Positions 1-10,743 of a stretch of DNA of 64,000 nt are shown piece by piece; position 1 is the stretch's first letter; every line of letters begins with the position of its first letter. This DNA comes from Escherichia coli. GTDB lineage: Bacteria > Pseudomonadota > Gammaproteobacteria > Enterobacterales > Enterobacteriaceae. Made by a program: the position numbers and the translations under genes. Below the pieces are notes generated by a model. It saw only the letters and a program-made list of their open reading frames with translations, did no database searches and had not been told where the DNA came from. The stretch lies in the NCBI RefSeq assembly GCF_030013595.1, contig NZ_CP122768.1; one strand, written 5' to 3'.

Positions 1-338
1 CCACCCTCTCCGGCGGACAGCAGCAGCGTGTGGCGATTGCCCGTGCGCTGATGCAGCAGGCGAAGGTGATTCTGGCCGATGAACCCATCGCCTCGCTGGA
101 CCCGGAATCGGCGCGCATCGTGATGGACACCCTGCGCGACATTAACCAGAACGACGGCATTACCGTGGTCGTCACGCTGCATCAGGTGGATTACGCCCTG
201 CGCTACTGCGAACGCATCGTCGCCCTGCGCCAGGGGCACGTCTTCTACGACGGCAGCAGCCAACAGTTTGATAACGAACGTTTTGACCATCTCTACCGCA
301 GCATCAACCGCGTCGAAGAAAACGCGAAAGCTGCCTGA
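1..338 (+). CDS. phnC: Phosphonate ABC transporter ATP-binding protein PhnC, C-terminal part (5' end outside window)
   Basis: ORF running in from the window edge; ABC signature LSGGQQQRV and Walker B ILADEP; immediately upstream of phnD. Confidence 0.9.
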   Translation, partial: TLSGGQQQRVAIARALMQQAKVILADEPIASLDPESARIVMDTLRDINQNDGITVVVTLHQVDYALRYCERIVALRQGHVFYDGSSQQFDNERFDHLYRSINRVEENAKAA

Positions 339-362
339 CATCCCCATCATTGAGGAAAACGA

Positions 363-1379
363 ATGAACGCTAAGATAATTGCCTCGCTGGCCTTCACCAG
401 CATGTTCAGCCTCAGCACCCTGTTAAGCCCGGCGCACGCCGAAGAGCAGGAAAAGGCGCTGAATTTCGGCATTATTTCAACGGAATCACAGCAAAACCTG
501 AAACCGCAATGGACGCCGTTCTTACAGGATATGGAGAAGAAGCTGGGCGTGAAGGTCAACGCCTTCTTTGCCCCGGACTACGCGGGCATTATCCAGGGAA
601 TGCGCTTCAACAAAGTGGATATCGCCTGGTACGGCAATCTGTCAGCGATGGAAGCGGTGGATCGCGCCAATGGCCAGGTCTTCGCCCAGACGGTCGCGGC
701 GGATGGATCGCCGGGTTACTGGAGCGTGTTGATCGTCAACAAAGATAGTCCGATCAACAACCTGAACGATCTGCTGGCGAAGCGGAAAGATCTCACCTTC
801 GGCAATGGCGATCCTAACTCTACCTCCGGCTTCCTCGTCCCTGGTTACTACGTCTTCGCCAAAAACAATATCTCCGCCAGCGACTTCAAGCGCACCGTCA
901 ACGCCGGGCATGAAACCAACGCGCTGGCCGTCGCCAACAAGCAGGTGGATGTGGCGACCAACAACACCGAAAACCTCGACAAGCTGAAAACCTCCGCGCC
1001 AGAGAAGCTGAAAGAACTGAAGGTGATCTGGAAGTCGCCGCTGATCCCAGGCGATCCGATCGTCTGGCGCAAGAATCTTTCCGAAACCACCAAAGACAAG
1101 ATCTACGACTTCTTTATGAATTACGGCAAAACGCCGGAAGAGAAAGCGGTGCTGGAACGCCTAGGCTGGGCCCCGTTCCGCGCCTCCAGCGACCTGCAAC
1201 TGGTGCCGATTCGCCAGCTCGCACTGTTTAAAGAGATGCAGGGCGTGAAAAGCAATAAAGGGCTGAATGAGCAGGACAAGCTGGCAAAAACCACCGAGAT
1301 TCAGGCGCAGCTGGATGACCTGGACCGCCTGAACAACGCGTTAAGCGCGATGAGTTCGGTGAGTAAAGCGGTGCAGTAA
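363..1379 (+). CDS. phnD: Phosphonate ABC transporter periplasmic binding protein
   Basis: 338 aa ORF with N-terminal signal peptide; position and length fit PhnD. Confidence 0.92.
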   Translation: MNAKIIASLAFTSMFSLSTLLSPAHAEEQEKALNFGIISTESQQNLKPQWTPFLQDMEKKLGVKVNAFFAPDYAGIIQGMRFNKVDIAWYGNLSAMEAVDRANGQVFAQTVAADGSPGYWSVLIVNKDSPINNLNDLLAKRKDLTFGNGDPNSTSGFLVPGYYVFAKNNISASDFKRTVNAGHETNALAVANKQVDVATNNTENLDKLKTSAPEKLKELKVIWKSPLIPGDPIVWRKNLSETTKDKIYDFFMNYGKTPEEKAVLERLGWAPFRASSDLQLVPIRQLALFKEMQGVKSNKGLNEQDKLAKTTEIQAQLDDLDRLNNALSAMSSVSKAVQ

Positions 1380-1439
1380 TGTGCTCGATCGGTCCCCTCT
1401 CCCACAGGGAGAGGGAGAAAACATTAAACGGAGCAATAT

Positions 1440-2219
1440 ATGCAAACCATCACCATCGCCCCACCCAAGCGCAGCTGGTTCTCGCTTCTGAGCTGGGCCA
1501 TTGTTCTCGCCGTGCTGGTCGTCTCGTGGCAGGGCGCGGAAATGGCCCCGCTCACGCTGATTAAAGACGGCGGCAACATGGCAACCTTCGCCGCCGACTT
1601 CTTCCCGCCCGATTTCAGCCAGTGGCAGGATTACCTCACCGAAATGGCCGTCACGCTGCAAATCGCCGTCTGGGGCACCGCGCTGGCGGTGGTTCTCTCC
1701 ATCCCCTTCGGTCTGATGAGCGCCGAAAACCTAGTGCCGTGGTGGGTTTACCAGCCCGTACGCCGCCTGATGGACGCCTGCCGCGCCATTAACGAAATGG
1801 TCTTCGCCATGCTGTTCGTGGTCGCCGTCGGCCTTGGCCCGTTCGCTGGCGTGCTGGCGCTGTTTATCCACACCACCGGCGTGCTCTCCAAACTGCTTTC
1901 CGAAGCGGTAGAAGCAATTGAACCCGGCCCGGTGGAAGGTATTCGCGCCACCGGTGCCAACAAGCTCGAAGAGATCCTCTACGGCGTGCTGCCGCAGGTG
2001 ATGCCGCTGCTGATCTCCTACTCCCTCTATCGCTTCGAATCCAACGTCCGTTCGGCCACCGTTGTTGGCATGGTCGGCGCTGGCGGGATCGGCGTCACCC
2101 TGTGGGAAGCGATTCGCGGTTTCCAGTTCCAGCAAACCTGCGCCCTGATGGTGCTGATTATCGTCACGGTCAGCCTGCTGGATTTCCTCTCTCAACGGTT
2201 GCGTAAGCACTTTATCTGA
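1440..2219 (+). CDS. phnE: Phosphonate ABC transporter permease, intact reading frame
   Basis: Uninterrupted 259 aa ORF with multiple hydrophobic segments; synteny between phnD and phnF. Confidence 0.88.
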   Translation: MQTITIAPPKRSWFSLLSWAIVLAVLVVSWQGAEMAPLTLIKDGGNMATFAADFFPPDFSQWQDYLTEMAVTLQIAVWGTALAVVLSIPFGLMSAENLVPWWVYQPVRRLMDACRAINEMVFAMLFVVAVGLGPFAGVLALFIHTTGVLSKLLSEAVEAIEPGPVEGIRATGANKLEEILYGVLPQVMPLLISYSLYRFESNVRSATVVGMVGAGGIGVTLWEAIRGFQFQQTCALMVLIIVTVSLLDFLSQRLRKHFI

Positions 2220-2239
2220 TAAGCGAGGCATTGATATCT

Positions 2240-2965
2240 ATGCACTTGTCTACACATCCGACCAGCTACCCAACACGCTATCAGGAGATAGCCGCAAAAC
2301 TTGAGCAGGAGCTTCGTCAACACTACCGCTGCGGCGACTATCTTCCCGCCGAGCAGCAACTGGCGGCGCGCTTTGAGGTGAACCGCCACACCCTGCGCCG
2401 CGCCATCGACCAACTGGTGGAAAAAGGCTGGGTACAGCGCCGTCAGGGCGTCGGCGTGCTGGTGCTGATGCGCCCGTTCGATTACCCGCTCAACGCCCAG
2501 GCGCGTTTTAGCCAGAACCTGCTGGATCAGGGCAGCCATCCCACCAGCGAAAAACTGCTGTCTGTGCTGCGCCCGGCCTCCGGTCACGTCGCTGACGCGC
2601 TGGGGATAACCGAGGGCGAGAACGTTATCCACCTGCGCACCCTGCGCCGGGTCAACGGCGTCGCGCTCTGTTTAATCGACCACTACTTTGCGGACCTCAC
2701 CCTCTGGCCGACGCTGCAACGCTTCGACAGCGGCTCGCTGCACGATTTTCTGCGCGAGCAAACGGGGATTGCGCTGCGCCGCAGCCAGACGCGGATCAGC
2801 GCCCGCCGCGCCCAGGCCAAAGAGTGCCAGCATCTTGAAATCCCGAATATGTCGCCGCTGCTGTGCGTGCGCACCCTTAACCACCGTGACGGTGAAAGCA
2901 GCCCGGCGGAGTACTCCGTCAGCCTGACGCGCGCCGACATGATTGAATTCACTATGGAGCACTGA
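2240..2965 (+). CDS. phnF: GntR-family transcriptional regulator of the phn operon
   Basis: 241 aa from MHLSTHP; N-terminal GntR-type HTH region; ORF track offers an alternative start at 2231. Confidence 0.9.
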   Translation: MHLSTHPTSYPTRYQEIAAKLEQELRQHYRCGDYLPAEQQLAARFEVNRHTLRRAIDQLVEKGWVQRRQGVGVLVLMRPFDYPLNAQARFSQNLLDQGSHPTSEKLLSVLRPASGHVADALGITEGENVIHLRTLRRVNGVALCLIDHYFADLTLWPTLQRFDSGSLHDFLREQTGIALRRSQTRISARRAQAKECQHLEIPNMSPLLCVRTLNHRDGESSPAEYSVSLTRADMIEFTMEH

Positions 2966-3418
2966 ATGCACGCAGATACCGCGACCCGCCAGCACTGGAT
3001 GTCCATACTGGCACACAGCCAACCGGCTGAACTGGCAGCCCGCCTGAAGGCGCTGAACATCACCGCCGACTATGAGGTGATCCGCGCCGCTGAAACCGGC
3101 CTGGTGCAGATTCAGGCGCGGATGGGTGGCACCGGCGAACGCTTTTTTGCTGGCGACGCCACGCTCACCCGCGCCGCCGTACGCCTGACTGACGGCACGC
3201 TCGGCTACAGCTGGGTGCTGGGGCGCGACAAACAGCACGCCGAACGCTGCGCGCTGATCGACGCGCTGATGCAGCAAACCCGCCATTTTCAAAACTTATC
3301 AGAAACTCTTATTGCCCCGCTGAACGCTGACCGTATGGCACGCATTGCCGCACGCCAGGCCGAAGTAAACGCCAGCCGGGTCGACTTCTTTACGATGGTT
3401 CGCGGAGATAACGCATGA
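2966..3418 (+). CDS. phnG: C-P lyase core complex subunit PhnG
   Basis: 150 aa ORF; start immediately follows the phnF stop; synteny. Confidence 0.9.
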   Translation: MHADTATRQHWMSILAHSQPAELAARLKALNITADYEVIRAAETGLVQIQARMGGTGERFFAGDATLTRAAVRLTDGTLGYSWVLGRDKQHAERCALIDALMQQTRHFQNLSETLIAPLNADRMARIAARQAEVNASRVDFFTMVRGDNA

Positions 3419-3999
3419 CCCTGGAAACCGCTTTTATGCTTCCCGTGCAGGATGCCCAGCACAGTTTTCGTCGCCTGTTAAAGGCCATGAGCGAGCCGGG
3501 CGTGATTGTCGCCCTGCATCAGCTCAAGCGCGGCTGGCAGCCGCTGAATATCGCCACCACCAGCGTGCTGCTGACGCTGGCCGATAACGACACGCCGGTG
3601 TGGCTTTCTGCGCCATTAAGTAACGATATCGTCAGCCAGAGCCTGCGTTTTCATACCAACGCGCCGCTGGTCAATCAGCCGGAACAGGCGACCTTCGCGG
3701 TAACGGATGAGGCGATTTCCAGCGAACAGCTCAACGCTCTTTCCAGCGGCACCGCTGTTGCGCCGGAAGCGGGCGCGACGCTGATTTTACAGGTCGTCAG
3801 CCTGAGCGGCGGGCGCATGCTGCGCCTTACTGGCGCGGGTATTGCCGAAGAACGAATGATCGCTCCGCAGCTGCCGGAGTGCATTCTGCACGAACTCACC
3901 GAGCGCCCGCACCCGTTCCCGCTCGGCATCGACCTGATCCTGACCTGCGGCGAGCGCCTGCTGGCTATCCCGCGAACCACTCATGTGGAGGTGTGCTGA
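3415..3999 (+). CDS. phnH: C-P lyase core complex subunit PhnH
   Basis: 194 aa ORF overlapping phnG by 4 nt; synteny. Confidence 0.9.
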   Translation: MTLETAFMLPVQDAQHSFRRLLKAMSEPGVIVALHQLKRGWQPLNIATTSVLLTLADNDTPVWLSAPLSNDIVSQSLRFHTNAPLVNQPEQATFAVTDEAISSEQLNALSSGTAVAPEAGATLILQVVSLSGGRMLRLTGAGIAEERMIAPQLPECILHELTERPHPFPLGIDLILTCGERLLAIPRTTHVEVC

Positions 4000-5063
4000 T
4001 GTACGTTGCCGTGAAAGGGGGCGAGAAGGCGATCGACGCCGCCCACGCCCTGCAAGAGAGCCAACGCCGGGGCGATACCGATTTGCCCGAACTGAGCGTC
4101 GCCCAGATTGAACAACAGCTTAACCTCGCGGTAGATCGCGTGATGACTGAAGGCGGCATTGCCGACCGCGAACTGGCGGCGCTGGCGCTGAAACAGGCCA
4201 GCGGCGATAACGTCGAAGCAATTTTCCTGCTGCGCGCCTACCGTACCACGCTGGCTAAGCTTGCGGTAAGCGAGCCGCTCGACACCACGGAGATGCGTCT
4301 CGAACGGCGTATTTCAGCGGTTTATAAAGATATTCCCGGCGGCCAGCTGCTTGGCCCAACCTACGACTACACCCATCGCCTGCTCGATTTCACCCTGCTG
4401 GCAAACGGCGAAGCGCCGACGCTGACCACCGCCGACAGCGCACAACAGCCGTCGCCGCACGTTTTCAGCCTGCTGGCGCGTCAGGGGCTGGCGAAGTTTG
4501 AGGAGGATAGCGGCGCACAGCCGGATGACATCACCCGCACGCCGCCGGTTTACCCCTGCTCACGCTCCTCCCGCCTGCAACAATTAATGCGCGGGGACGA
4601 AGGCTATTTGCTGGCGCTGGCCTACTCCACCCAGCGTGGTTACGGACGCAATCACCCGTTCGCGGGCGAGATCCGCAGCGGATATATCGACGTGTCGATT
4701 GTGCCGGAAGAGCTGGGATTTGCGGTGAACGTCGGCGAACTGCTGATGACCGAATGTGAAATGGTCAACGGTTTTATCGACCCGCCGGATGAGCCGCCGC
4801 ACTTCACGCGCGGCTACGGGCTGGTGTTCGGCATGAGCGAGCGCAAAGCGATGGCGATGGCGCTGGTTGACCGTGCGTTGCAGGCTCCGGAGTACGGCGA
4901 GCACGCGACAGGCCCGGCGCAGGATGAAGAGTTCGTGCTGGCGCATGCCGACAACGTCGAAGCCGCAGGCTTTGTCTCGCACCTTAAACTCCCGCACTAC
5001 GTCGATTTCCAGGCCGAACTGGAGCTACTCAAACGTCTGCAACAGGAGCTGAACCATGGCTAA
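3999..5063 (+). CDS. phnI: C-P lyase core complex subunit PhnI
   Basis: 354 aa from [10 protein letters not shown]; ATG at 3999-4001 overlaps the phnH stop; ORF track extends upstream to 3879 in the same frame. Confidence 0.9.
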   Translation: MYVAVKGGEKAIDAAHALQESQRRGDTDLPELSVAQIEQQLNLAVDRVMTEGGIADRELAALALKQASGDNVEAIFLLRAYRTTLAKLAVSEPLDTTEMRLERRISAVYKDIPGGQLLGPTYDYTHRLLDFTLLANGEAPTLTTADSAQQPSPHVFSLLARQGLAKFEEDSGAQPDDITRTPPVYPCSRSSRLQQLMRGDEGYLLALAYSTQRGYGRNHPFAGEIRSGYIDVSIVPEELGFAVNVGELLMTECEMVNGFIDPPDEPPHFTRGYGLVFGMSERKAMAMALVDRALQAPEYGEHATGPAQDEEFVLAHADNVEAAGFVSHLKLPHYVDFQAELELLKRLQQELNHG

Positions 5064-5901
5064 TCTGAGCGGCTACAACTTTGCCTACCTCGACGAGCAG
5101 ACCAAACGCATGATCCGCCGCGCCATCTTAAAAGCGGTGGCGATCCCCGGTTATCAGGTGCCGTTTGGCGGGCGCGAGATGCCGATGCCGTACGGCTGGG
5201 GAACTGGTGGTATCCAGCTTACCGCCAGCGTGATTGGCGAAAGCGACGTGTTGAAGGTGATTGACCAGGGTGCGGATGACACCACCAACGCCGTGTCGAT
5301 TCGCAACTTCTTTAAGCGCGTGACCGGGGTAAACACCACTGAACGTACGGACGATGCGACGCTTATCCAGACGCGTCACCGCATCCCCGAAACGCCGCTG
5401 ACCGAAGATCAGATCATTATCTTCCAGGTGCCAATCCCGGAACCGCTGCGCTTTATCGAGCCACGCGAAACGGAGACCCGCACTATGCACGCGCTGGAGG
5501 AGTACGGCGTGATGCAGGTGAAACTGTATGAAGATATCGCCCGCTTCGGTCATATCGCCACCACCTATGCTTATCCGGTGAAGGTGAACGGGCGCTACGT
5601 GATGGACCCGTCGCCGATCCCGAAATTCGATAACCCGAAAATGGACATGATGCCCGCCCTGCAGCTGTTCGGCGCAGGGCGCGAGAAGCGCATCTATGCG
5701 GTGCCGCCGTTTACCCGCGTGGAAAGCCTCGATTTCGACGATCACCCGTTCACCGTTCAGCAGTGGAATGAGCCATGCGCCATCTGCGGATCGACCCACA
5801 GCTATCTTGATGAAGTGGTGCTGGATGACGCCGGAAACCGCATGTTTGTCTGCTCCGATACCGATTATTGCCGCCAACAGAGCGAGGCGAAAAGCCAATG
5901 A
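5056..5901 (+). CDS. phnJ: C-P lyase catalytic subunit PhnJ (radical SAM-like, Cys-rich C-terminus)
   Basis: 281 aa ORF; C-terminal cysteine cluster CAICGS...CSDTDYC; overlaps phnI end. Confidence 0.92.
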   Translation: MANLSGYNFAYLDEQTKRMIRRAILKAVAIPGYQVPFGGREMPMPYGWGTGGIQLTASVIGESDVLKVIDQGADDTTNAVSIRNFFKRVTGVNTTERTDDATLIQTRHRIPETPLTEDQIIIFQVPIPEPLRFIEPRETETRTMHALEEYGVMQVKLYEDIARFGHIATTYAYPVKVNGRYVMDPSPIPKFDNPKMDMMPALQLFGAGREKRIYAVPPFTRVESLDFDDHPFTVQQWNEPCAICGSTHSYLDEVVLDDAGNRMFVCSDTDYCRQQSEAKSQ

Positions 5902-6656
5902 ATCAACCGTTACTTTCGGTCAACAACCTGACCCACCTTTACGCGCCGGGCAAAGGCTTTAGCGATGTCTCTTTTGATTTATGGCCGGGGGAAGTGCTAG
6001 GCATCGTCGGGGAATCCGGCTCCGGGAAGACCACGCTGCTGAAATCAATCTCCGCGCGCCTGACGCCGCAGCAGGGGGAAATTCACTATGAAAACCGTTC
6101 CCTCTATGGCATGAGCGAGGCCGACCGCCGTCGCCTGCTGCGCACCGAATGGGGCGTGGTGCATCAGCATCCGCTCGACGGCCTGCGCCGCCAGGTGTCG
6201 GCAGGCGGCAATATCGGCGAGCGGCTGATGGCGACCGGGGCGCGTCATTACGGCGACATCCGCGCCACCGCGCAGAAGTGGCTGGAAGAGGTGGAGATTC
6301 CCGCCAACCGGATCGACGACCTGCCGACCACCTTTTCCGGCGGCATGCAGCAACGTTTGCAGATTGCCCGCAACCTGGTGACGCATCCGAAGCTGGTGTT
6401 TATGGACGAGCCAACCGGCGGGCTGGATGTATCGGTACAGGCGCGCCTGCTCGATCTGCTGCGCGGTCTGGTGGTGGAGCTGAATCTGGCGGTGGTGATT
6501 GTCACCCACGATCTGGGCGTCGCCCGCCTGCTGGCGGACCGTTTGCTGGTGATGAAACAGGGGCAAGTGGTGGAGAGTGGGTTAACCGACCGCGTGCTCG
6601 ACGACCCTCACCATCCATATACCCAGCTGCTGGTGTCATCGGTTTTGCAGAATTGA
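5898..6656 (+). CDS. phnK: C-P lyase system ATP-binding protein PhnK
   Basis: 252 aa from [11 protein letters not shown]; Walker [10 protein letters not shown]; ATGA start/stop overlap with phnJ. Confidence 0.9.
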   Translation: MNQPLLSVNNLTHLYAPGKGFSDVSFDLWPGEVLGIVGESGSGKTTLLKSISARLTPQQGEIHYENRSLYGMSEADRRRLLRTEWGVVHQHPLDGLRRQVSAGGNIGERLMATGARHYGDIRATAQKWLEEVEIPANRIDDLPTTFSGGMQQRLQIARNLVTHPKLVFMDEPTGGLDVSVQARLLDLLRGLVVELNLAVVIVTHDLGVARLLADRLLVMKQGQVVESGLTDRVLDDPHHPYTQLLVSSVLQN

Positions 6657-6662
6657 GCCAGT

Positions 6663-6748
6663 GCCGGATACGGCGTAAACGCCTTATCCGGCCGACAAAT
6701 GCGCTCCCCGTAGGTCGGATAAGACGCGTCAGCGTCGCATCCGACACC
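6663..6748. repeat. REP/BIME-type palindromic units in the phnK-phnL intergenic spacer
   Basis: Two imperfect palindromes of the gccggata...ttatccggc and ggataagacgcg...cgtcgcatcc type. Confidence 0.7.
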
Positions 6749-6766
6749 CGAACCACGAGGCGAAAA

Positions 6767-7447
6767 ATGATTAACGTACAAAACGTCAGTAAAACCTTCA
6801 TCCTGCACCAGCAAAACGGCGTGCGCCTGCACGTCTTACAACGTGCCTCGCTCACCGTCAACGCAGGCGAATGCGTGGTGCTCCACGGCCACTCCGGCAG
6901 CGGCAAATCAACTCTGCTGCGCTCGCTGTACGCCAACTATCTGCCCGATGAAGGGCAAATCCAGATCAAACATGGTGACGAGTGGGTAGACCTGGTCACT
7001 GCACCAGCGCGCAAAGTGGTGGAGATCCGCAAAACCACCATCGGCTGGGTGAGCCAGTTTCTGCGCGTCATCCCGCGTATTTCGGCACTGGAAGTGGTGA
7101 TGCAGCCTCTGCTCGATACCGGCGTACCGCGTGAAGCCTGCGCCGCTAAAGCCGCCCGATTACTGACGCGCCTGAACGTGCCTGAACGCCTGTGGCACCT
7201 GGCACCATCGACCTTCTCCGGTGGCGAACAGCAGCGTGTCAACATCGCCCGTGGCTTTATCGTCGACTACCCCATTCTGCTGCTCGACGAACCTACCGCC
7301 TCGCTGGACGCTAAAAACAGCGCCGCCGTAGTGGAACTGATCCGCGAAGCCAAAGCCCGCGGCGCGGCCATCGTCGGTATCTTCCATGACGAAACCGTGC
7401 GCGAGCAAGTCGCCGACCGCCTGCACCCAATGGGAGTCTCTTCATGA
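6767..7447 (+). CDS. phnL: C-P lyase system ATP-binding protein PhnL
   Basis: 226 aa from MINVQNVSK; Walker [10 protein letters not shown] and ABC signature FSGGEQQRV; the 432 aa track ORF 6149..7447 is an arginine-rich frame artifact upstream. Confidence 0.9.
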   Translation: MINVQNVSKTFILHQQNGVRLHVLQRASLTVNAGECVVLHGHSGSGKSTLLRSLYANYLPDEGQIQIKHGDEWVDLVTAPARKVVEIRKTTIGWVSQFLRVIPRISALEVVMQPLLDTGVPREACAAKAARLLTRLNVPERLWHLAPSTFSGGEQQRVNIARGFIVDYPILLLDEPTASLDAKNSAAVVELIREAKARGAAIVGIFHDETVREQVADRLHPMGVSS

Positions 7448-8580
7448 TTATCAATAACGTCAAACTGGTGCTGGAAAACGAGGTGGTACACGGTTCTCTG
7501 GAGATGCAGGACGGCGAAATCCGCGCCTTTGCCGAAAGCCAGAGTCACCTGTCAGAAGCAATGGACGGCGAAGGCGGCTGGCTGCTACCGGGGCTGATTG
7601 AGCTGCATACCGATAATCTGGATAAATTCTTCACCCCGCGTCCAAAAGTGGACTGGCCCGCCCACTCGGCAATGAGTAGCCACGACGCGCTGATGGTGGC
7701 GAGCGGCATCACCACCGTGCTGGACGCGGTGGCGATTGGCGACGTGCGCGACGGCGGCGATCGGCTGGAGAATCTGGAGAAGATGATCAACGCCATCGAA
7801 GAGACGCAGAAACGCGGCGTCAACCGCGCCGAGCACCGTCTGCATCTGCGCTGCGAACTGCCGCATCACACCACGCTGCCGCTGTTTGAAAAACTGGTGC
7901 AGCGCGAACCGGTGACGCTGGTGTCGCTGATGGATCACTCGCCGGGCCAGCGCCAGTTCGCCAATCGCGAGAAGTATCGCGAATATTATCAGGGCAAATA
8001 CTCGCTCACCGATGTGCAGATGCAGCAGTACGAAGAGGAACAGCTGGCGCTTGCCGCACGCTGGTCACAGCCTAATCGCGAAACTATCGCCGCAATGTGC
8101 CGCGCGCGACACATTGCGCTCGCCAGCCACGATGACGCCACGCACGCGCACGTTGCCGAATCTCACCAGCTTGGCAGCGTGATCGCCGAATTTCCCACCA
8201 CGTTCGAAGCGGCAGAAGCCTCGCGCAAGCATGGCATGAACGTGCTGATGGGCGCGCCGAATATCGTGCGCGGCGGTTCGCACTCCGGCAACGTGGCGGC
8301 CAGTGAACTGGCGCAGCTTGGCCTGCTGGATATCCTCTCTTCCGACTACTACCCCGCCAGCCTGCTCGATGCGGCATTTCGCGTCGCCGATGACGAGAGC
8401 AACCGCTTTACGCTGCCGCAGGCGGTGAAGCTGGTGACTAAAAATCCGGCGCAGGCGCTTAATCTTCAGGATCGCGGAGTGATTGGCGAGGGCAAACGCG
8501 CCGACCTGGTGCTGGCGCATCGCAAGGGCAACCACATTCATATCGACCACGTCTGGCGTCAGGGTAAAAGGGTGTTCTGA
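7444..8580 (+). CDS. phnM: Amidohydrolase-family PhnM (ribosyl-triphosphate phosphonate diphosphohydrolase)
   Basis: 378 aa ORF overlapping phnL by 4 nt; synteny. Confidence 0.9.
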   Translation: MIINNVKLVLENEVVHGSLEMQDGEIRAFAESQSHLSEAMDGEGGWLLPGLIELHTDNLDKFFTPRPKVDWPAHSAMSSHDALMVASGITTVLDAVAIGDVRDGGDRLENLEKMINAIEETQKRGVNRAEHRLHLRCELPHHTTLPLFEKLVQREPVTLVSLMDHSPGQRQFANREKYREYYQGKYSLTDVQMQQYEEEQLALAARWSQPNRETIAAMCRARHIALASHDDATHAHVAESHQLGSVIAEFPTTFEAAEASRKHGMNVLMGAPNIVRGGSHSGNVAASELAQLGLLDILSSDYYPASLLDAAFRVADDESNRFTLPQAVKLVTKNPAQALNLQDRGVIGEGKRADLVLAHRKGNHIHIDHVWRQGKRVF

Positions 8581-9137
8581 TGACGGGAAAACTGATTTGG
8601 TTAATGGGTCCGTCCGGCTCCGGGAAAGACAGCCTGCTGGCGGAACTCCGCCAGCGGGAACAAACCCAGCTACTGGTAGCGCATCGCTACATCACGCGTG
8701 ATGCCAGCGCCGGAAGTGAAAATCATATCGCCTTAAGCGAGCGGGAGTTTTTTACCCGCGCGGGGCAAAATCTGTTGGCCTTGAGCTGGCATGCTAATGG
8801 TTTGTATTACGGTGTCGGCATTGAGATCGACCTCTGGCTGCACGCCGGATTCGACGTCGTGGTTAACGGCTCACGCGCCCACCTGCCGCAGGCGCGGGCG
8901 CGCTATCAATCGGCGCTGCTGCCCATTTGCTTACAGGTTTCGCCGGAGATCCTGCGCCAGCGCCTGGAAAACCGTGGCCGTGAAAACGCCAGTGAAATTA
9001 ACGCCCGGCTGGCGCGCGCCGCCCGCTATACTCCTCAGGATTGCCATACGCTCAATAATGACGGCAGCCTGCGCCAGTCGGTCGACACGCTGCTGACGCT
9101 GATTCATCAGAAGGAGAAACACCATGCCTGCTTGTGA
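8580..9137 (+). CDS. phnN: Ribose 1,5-bisphosphate phosphokinase PhnN
   Basis: 185 aa ORF with P-loop GPSGSGKDS; synteny. Confidence 0.9.
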
Positions 9138-9558
9138 GCTTCGCCCGGCCACGCAGTACGATACCGACGCAGTTTACGCGCTGATTTGTGAGCTAAAACA
9201 GGCGGAGTTTGACCACCATGCGTTTCGCGTGGGGTTTAACGCCAATCTGCGCGATCCGAACATGCGCTACCATCTGGCGCTGCTGGATGGCGAAGTTGTC
9301 GGCATGATCGGCCTGCATTTGCAGTTTCATCTGCATCATGTCAACTGGATCGGCGAAATTCAGGAACTGGTGGTGATGCCGCAGGCGCGCGGTCTGAACG
9401 TCGGCAGCAAATTACTGGCATGGGCAGAAGAAGAAGCCCGCCAGGCCGGGGCCGAAATGACCGAGCTTTCCACCAACGTGAAGCGCCACGACGCGCACCG
9501 TTTTTACCTGCGTGAAGGCTACGAGCAGAGCCACTTCCGCTTCACCAAGGCGCTGTAA
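9124..9558 (+). CDS. phnO: Aminoalkylphosphonate N-acetyltransferase (GNAT family) PhnO
   Basis: 144 aa ORF; synteny and length. Confidence 0.88.
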
Positions 9559-9559
9559 C

Positions 9560-10318
9560 ATGAGCCTGACCCTCACACTTACTGGCACTGGCGGCGCACA
9601 GGGCGTTCCCGCATGGGGCTGTGAGTGCGTGGCCTGCGTCAGAGCGCGGCGCTCACCGCAGTATCGCCGCCAGCCATGCAGCGGCGTCGTGAAGTTTAAC
9701 GACGCGATCACCCTGATCGACGCCGGGCTGCACGATCTCGCCGATCGCTGGTCGCCCGGATCGTTCCAGCAGTTTTTGCTGACGCACTACCATATGGATC
9801 ACGTGCAGGGGCTGTTTCCGCTGCGCTGGGGCGTGGGCGATTCGATCCCGATCTACGGCCCGCCGGATGAACAGGGCTGCGACGATCTGTTTAAACATCC
9901 GGGCCAGCTTGATTTCAGCCACACGATGGAACCGTTTGTGGTGTTTGATTTACAGGGGTTACAGGTCACGCCCCTGCCGCTCAACCACTCAAAACTGACC
10001 TTCGGTTATCTGCTGGAAACGGCACATAGCCGGGTGGCGTGGCTGTCTGACACCGCAGGCCTACCGGAAAAAACGCTGAAATTTTTACGCAATAATCAAC
10101 CGCAGGTGATGGTGATTGATTGCAGCCACCCACCGCGCGAGGATGCACCGCGTAATCACTGTGATTTAAATACCGTGCTTGCGCTGAATGAAGTTATCCG
10201 CTCGCCGCGCGTGGTTCTGACCCATATCAGCCATCAGTTTGATGCGTGGCTGATGGAGAACTTACTGCCGTCAGGGTTTGAGGCGGGGTTTGATGGGATG
10301 GAGATTGGGGTGGCGTGA
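9560..10318 (+). CDS. phnP: Metallo-beta-lactamase-fold phosphodiesterase PhnP
   Basis: 252 aa from [12 protein letters not shown]; HYHMDH metal-binding motif; ATG 2 nt after the phnO stop. Confidence 0.9.
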   Translation: MSLTLTLTGTGGAQGVPAWGCECVACVRARRSPQYRRQPCSGVVKFNDAITLIDAGLHDLADRWSPGSFQQFLLTHYHMDHVQGLFPLRWGVGDSIPIYGPPDEQGCDDLFKHPGQLDFSHTMEPFVVFDLQGLQVTPLPLNHSKLTFGYLLETAHSRVAWLSDTAGLPEKTLKFLRNNQPQVMVIDCSHPPREDAPRNHCDLNTVLALNEVIRSPRVVLTHISHQFDAWLMENLLPSGFEAGFDGMEIGVA

Positions 10319-10345
10319 GGGAAAATACCCGCGCCGGCCCCTATA

Positions 10346-10675
10346 TCAACGCCCATACTCATCTTCCATTCTCCGCTCTTCATCCTCCAGTTGCCGACGC
10401 TCCTGATCAAGCTGGCGCTGGCGATCGTCCAGCTGCCTGCGGCGATCTTCAAACTGACGGCGGCGGTCGTCATATTGTCTGCGCCGATCGTCGCTCACTT
10501 CACGCTGCCAGCCGTCGTCGTGCGAATCTTCATAGTCTCGCCCACGGTCAGGGTTATAAGCATCGTTAATCGCCTGCTGAATATTGCCAATGGTGTCGTC
10601 GATAATATCGGCCTGGGCCGGAACGGTAGACAGCGTGAGCAGGGTGAATAAAAGAAATAGCGGAAAGCGTTTCAT
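10346..10675 (-). CDS. yjdP: Small secreted low-complexity protein YjdP
   Basis: 109 aa ORF; signal peptide followed by Arg/Asp/Gln/Glu-rich repeats (DDRRRQ...). Confidence 0.8.
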   Translation of the reverse strand: MKRFPLFLLFTLLTLSTVPAQADIIDDTIGNIQQAINDAYNPDRGRDYEDSHDDGWQREVSDDRRRQYDDRRRQFEDRRRQLDDRQRQLDQERRQLEDEERRMEDEYGR

Positions 10676-10743
10676 TAGCCAACCTCAAAAAGAAACTCTA
10701 TCCACATTAGTCATTACTCATCCATGCAAGTAGTGGACGAATC

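Noticed and set aside
6149-7447. 432 aa track ORF spanning the phnK 3' region, the REP spacer and phnL
   Set aside because: The upstream two-thirds is an Arg/Gly/Pro-rich low-complexity frame typical of GC-rich antisense or off-frame reading; only the part from the internal ATG at 6767 matches an ABC ATPase (PhnL).
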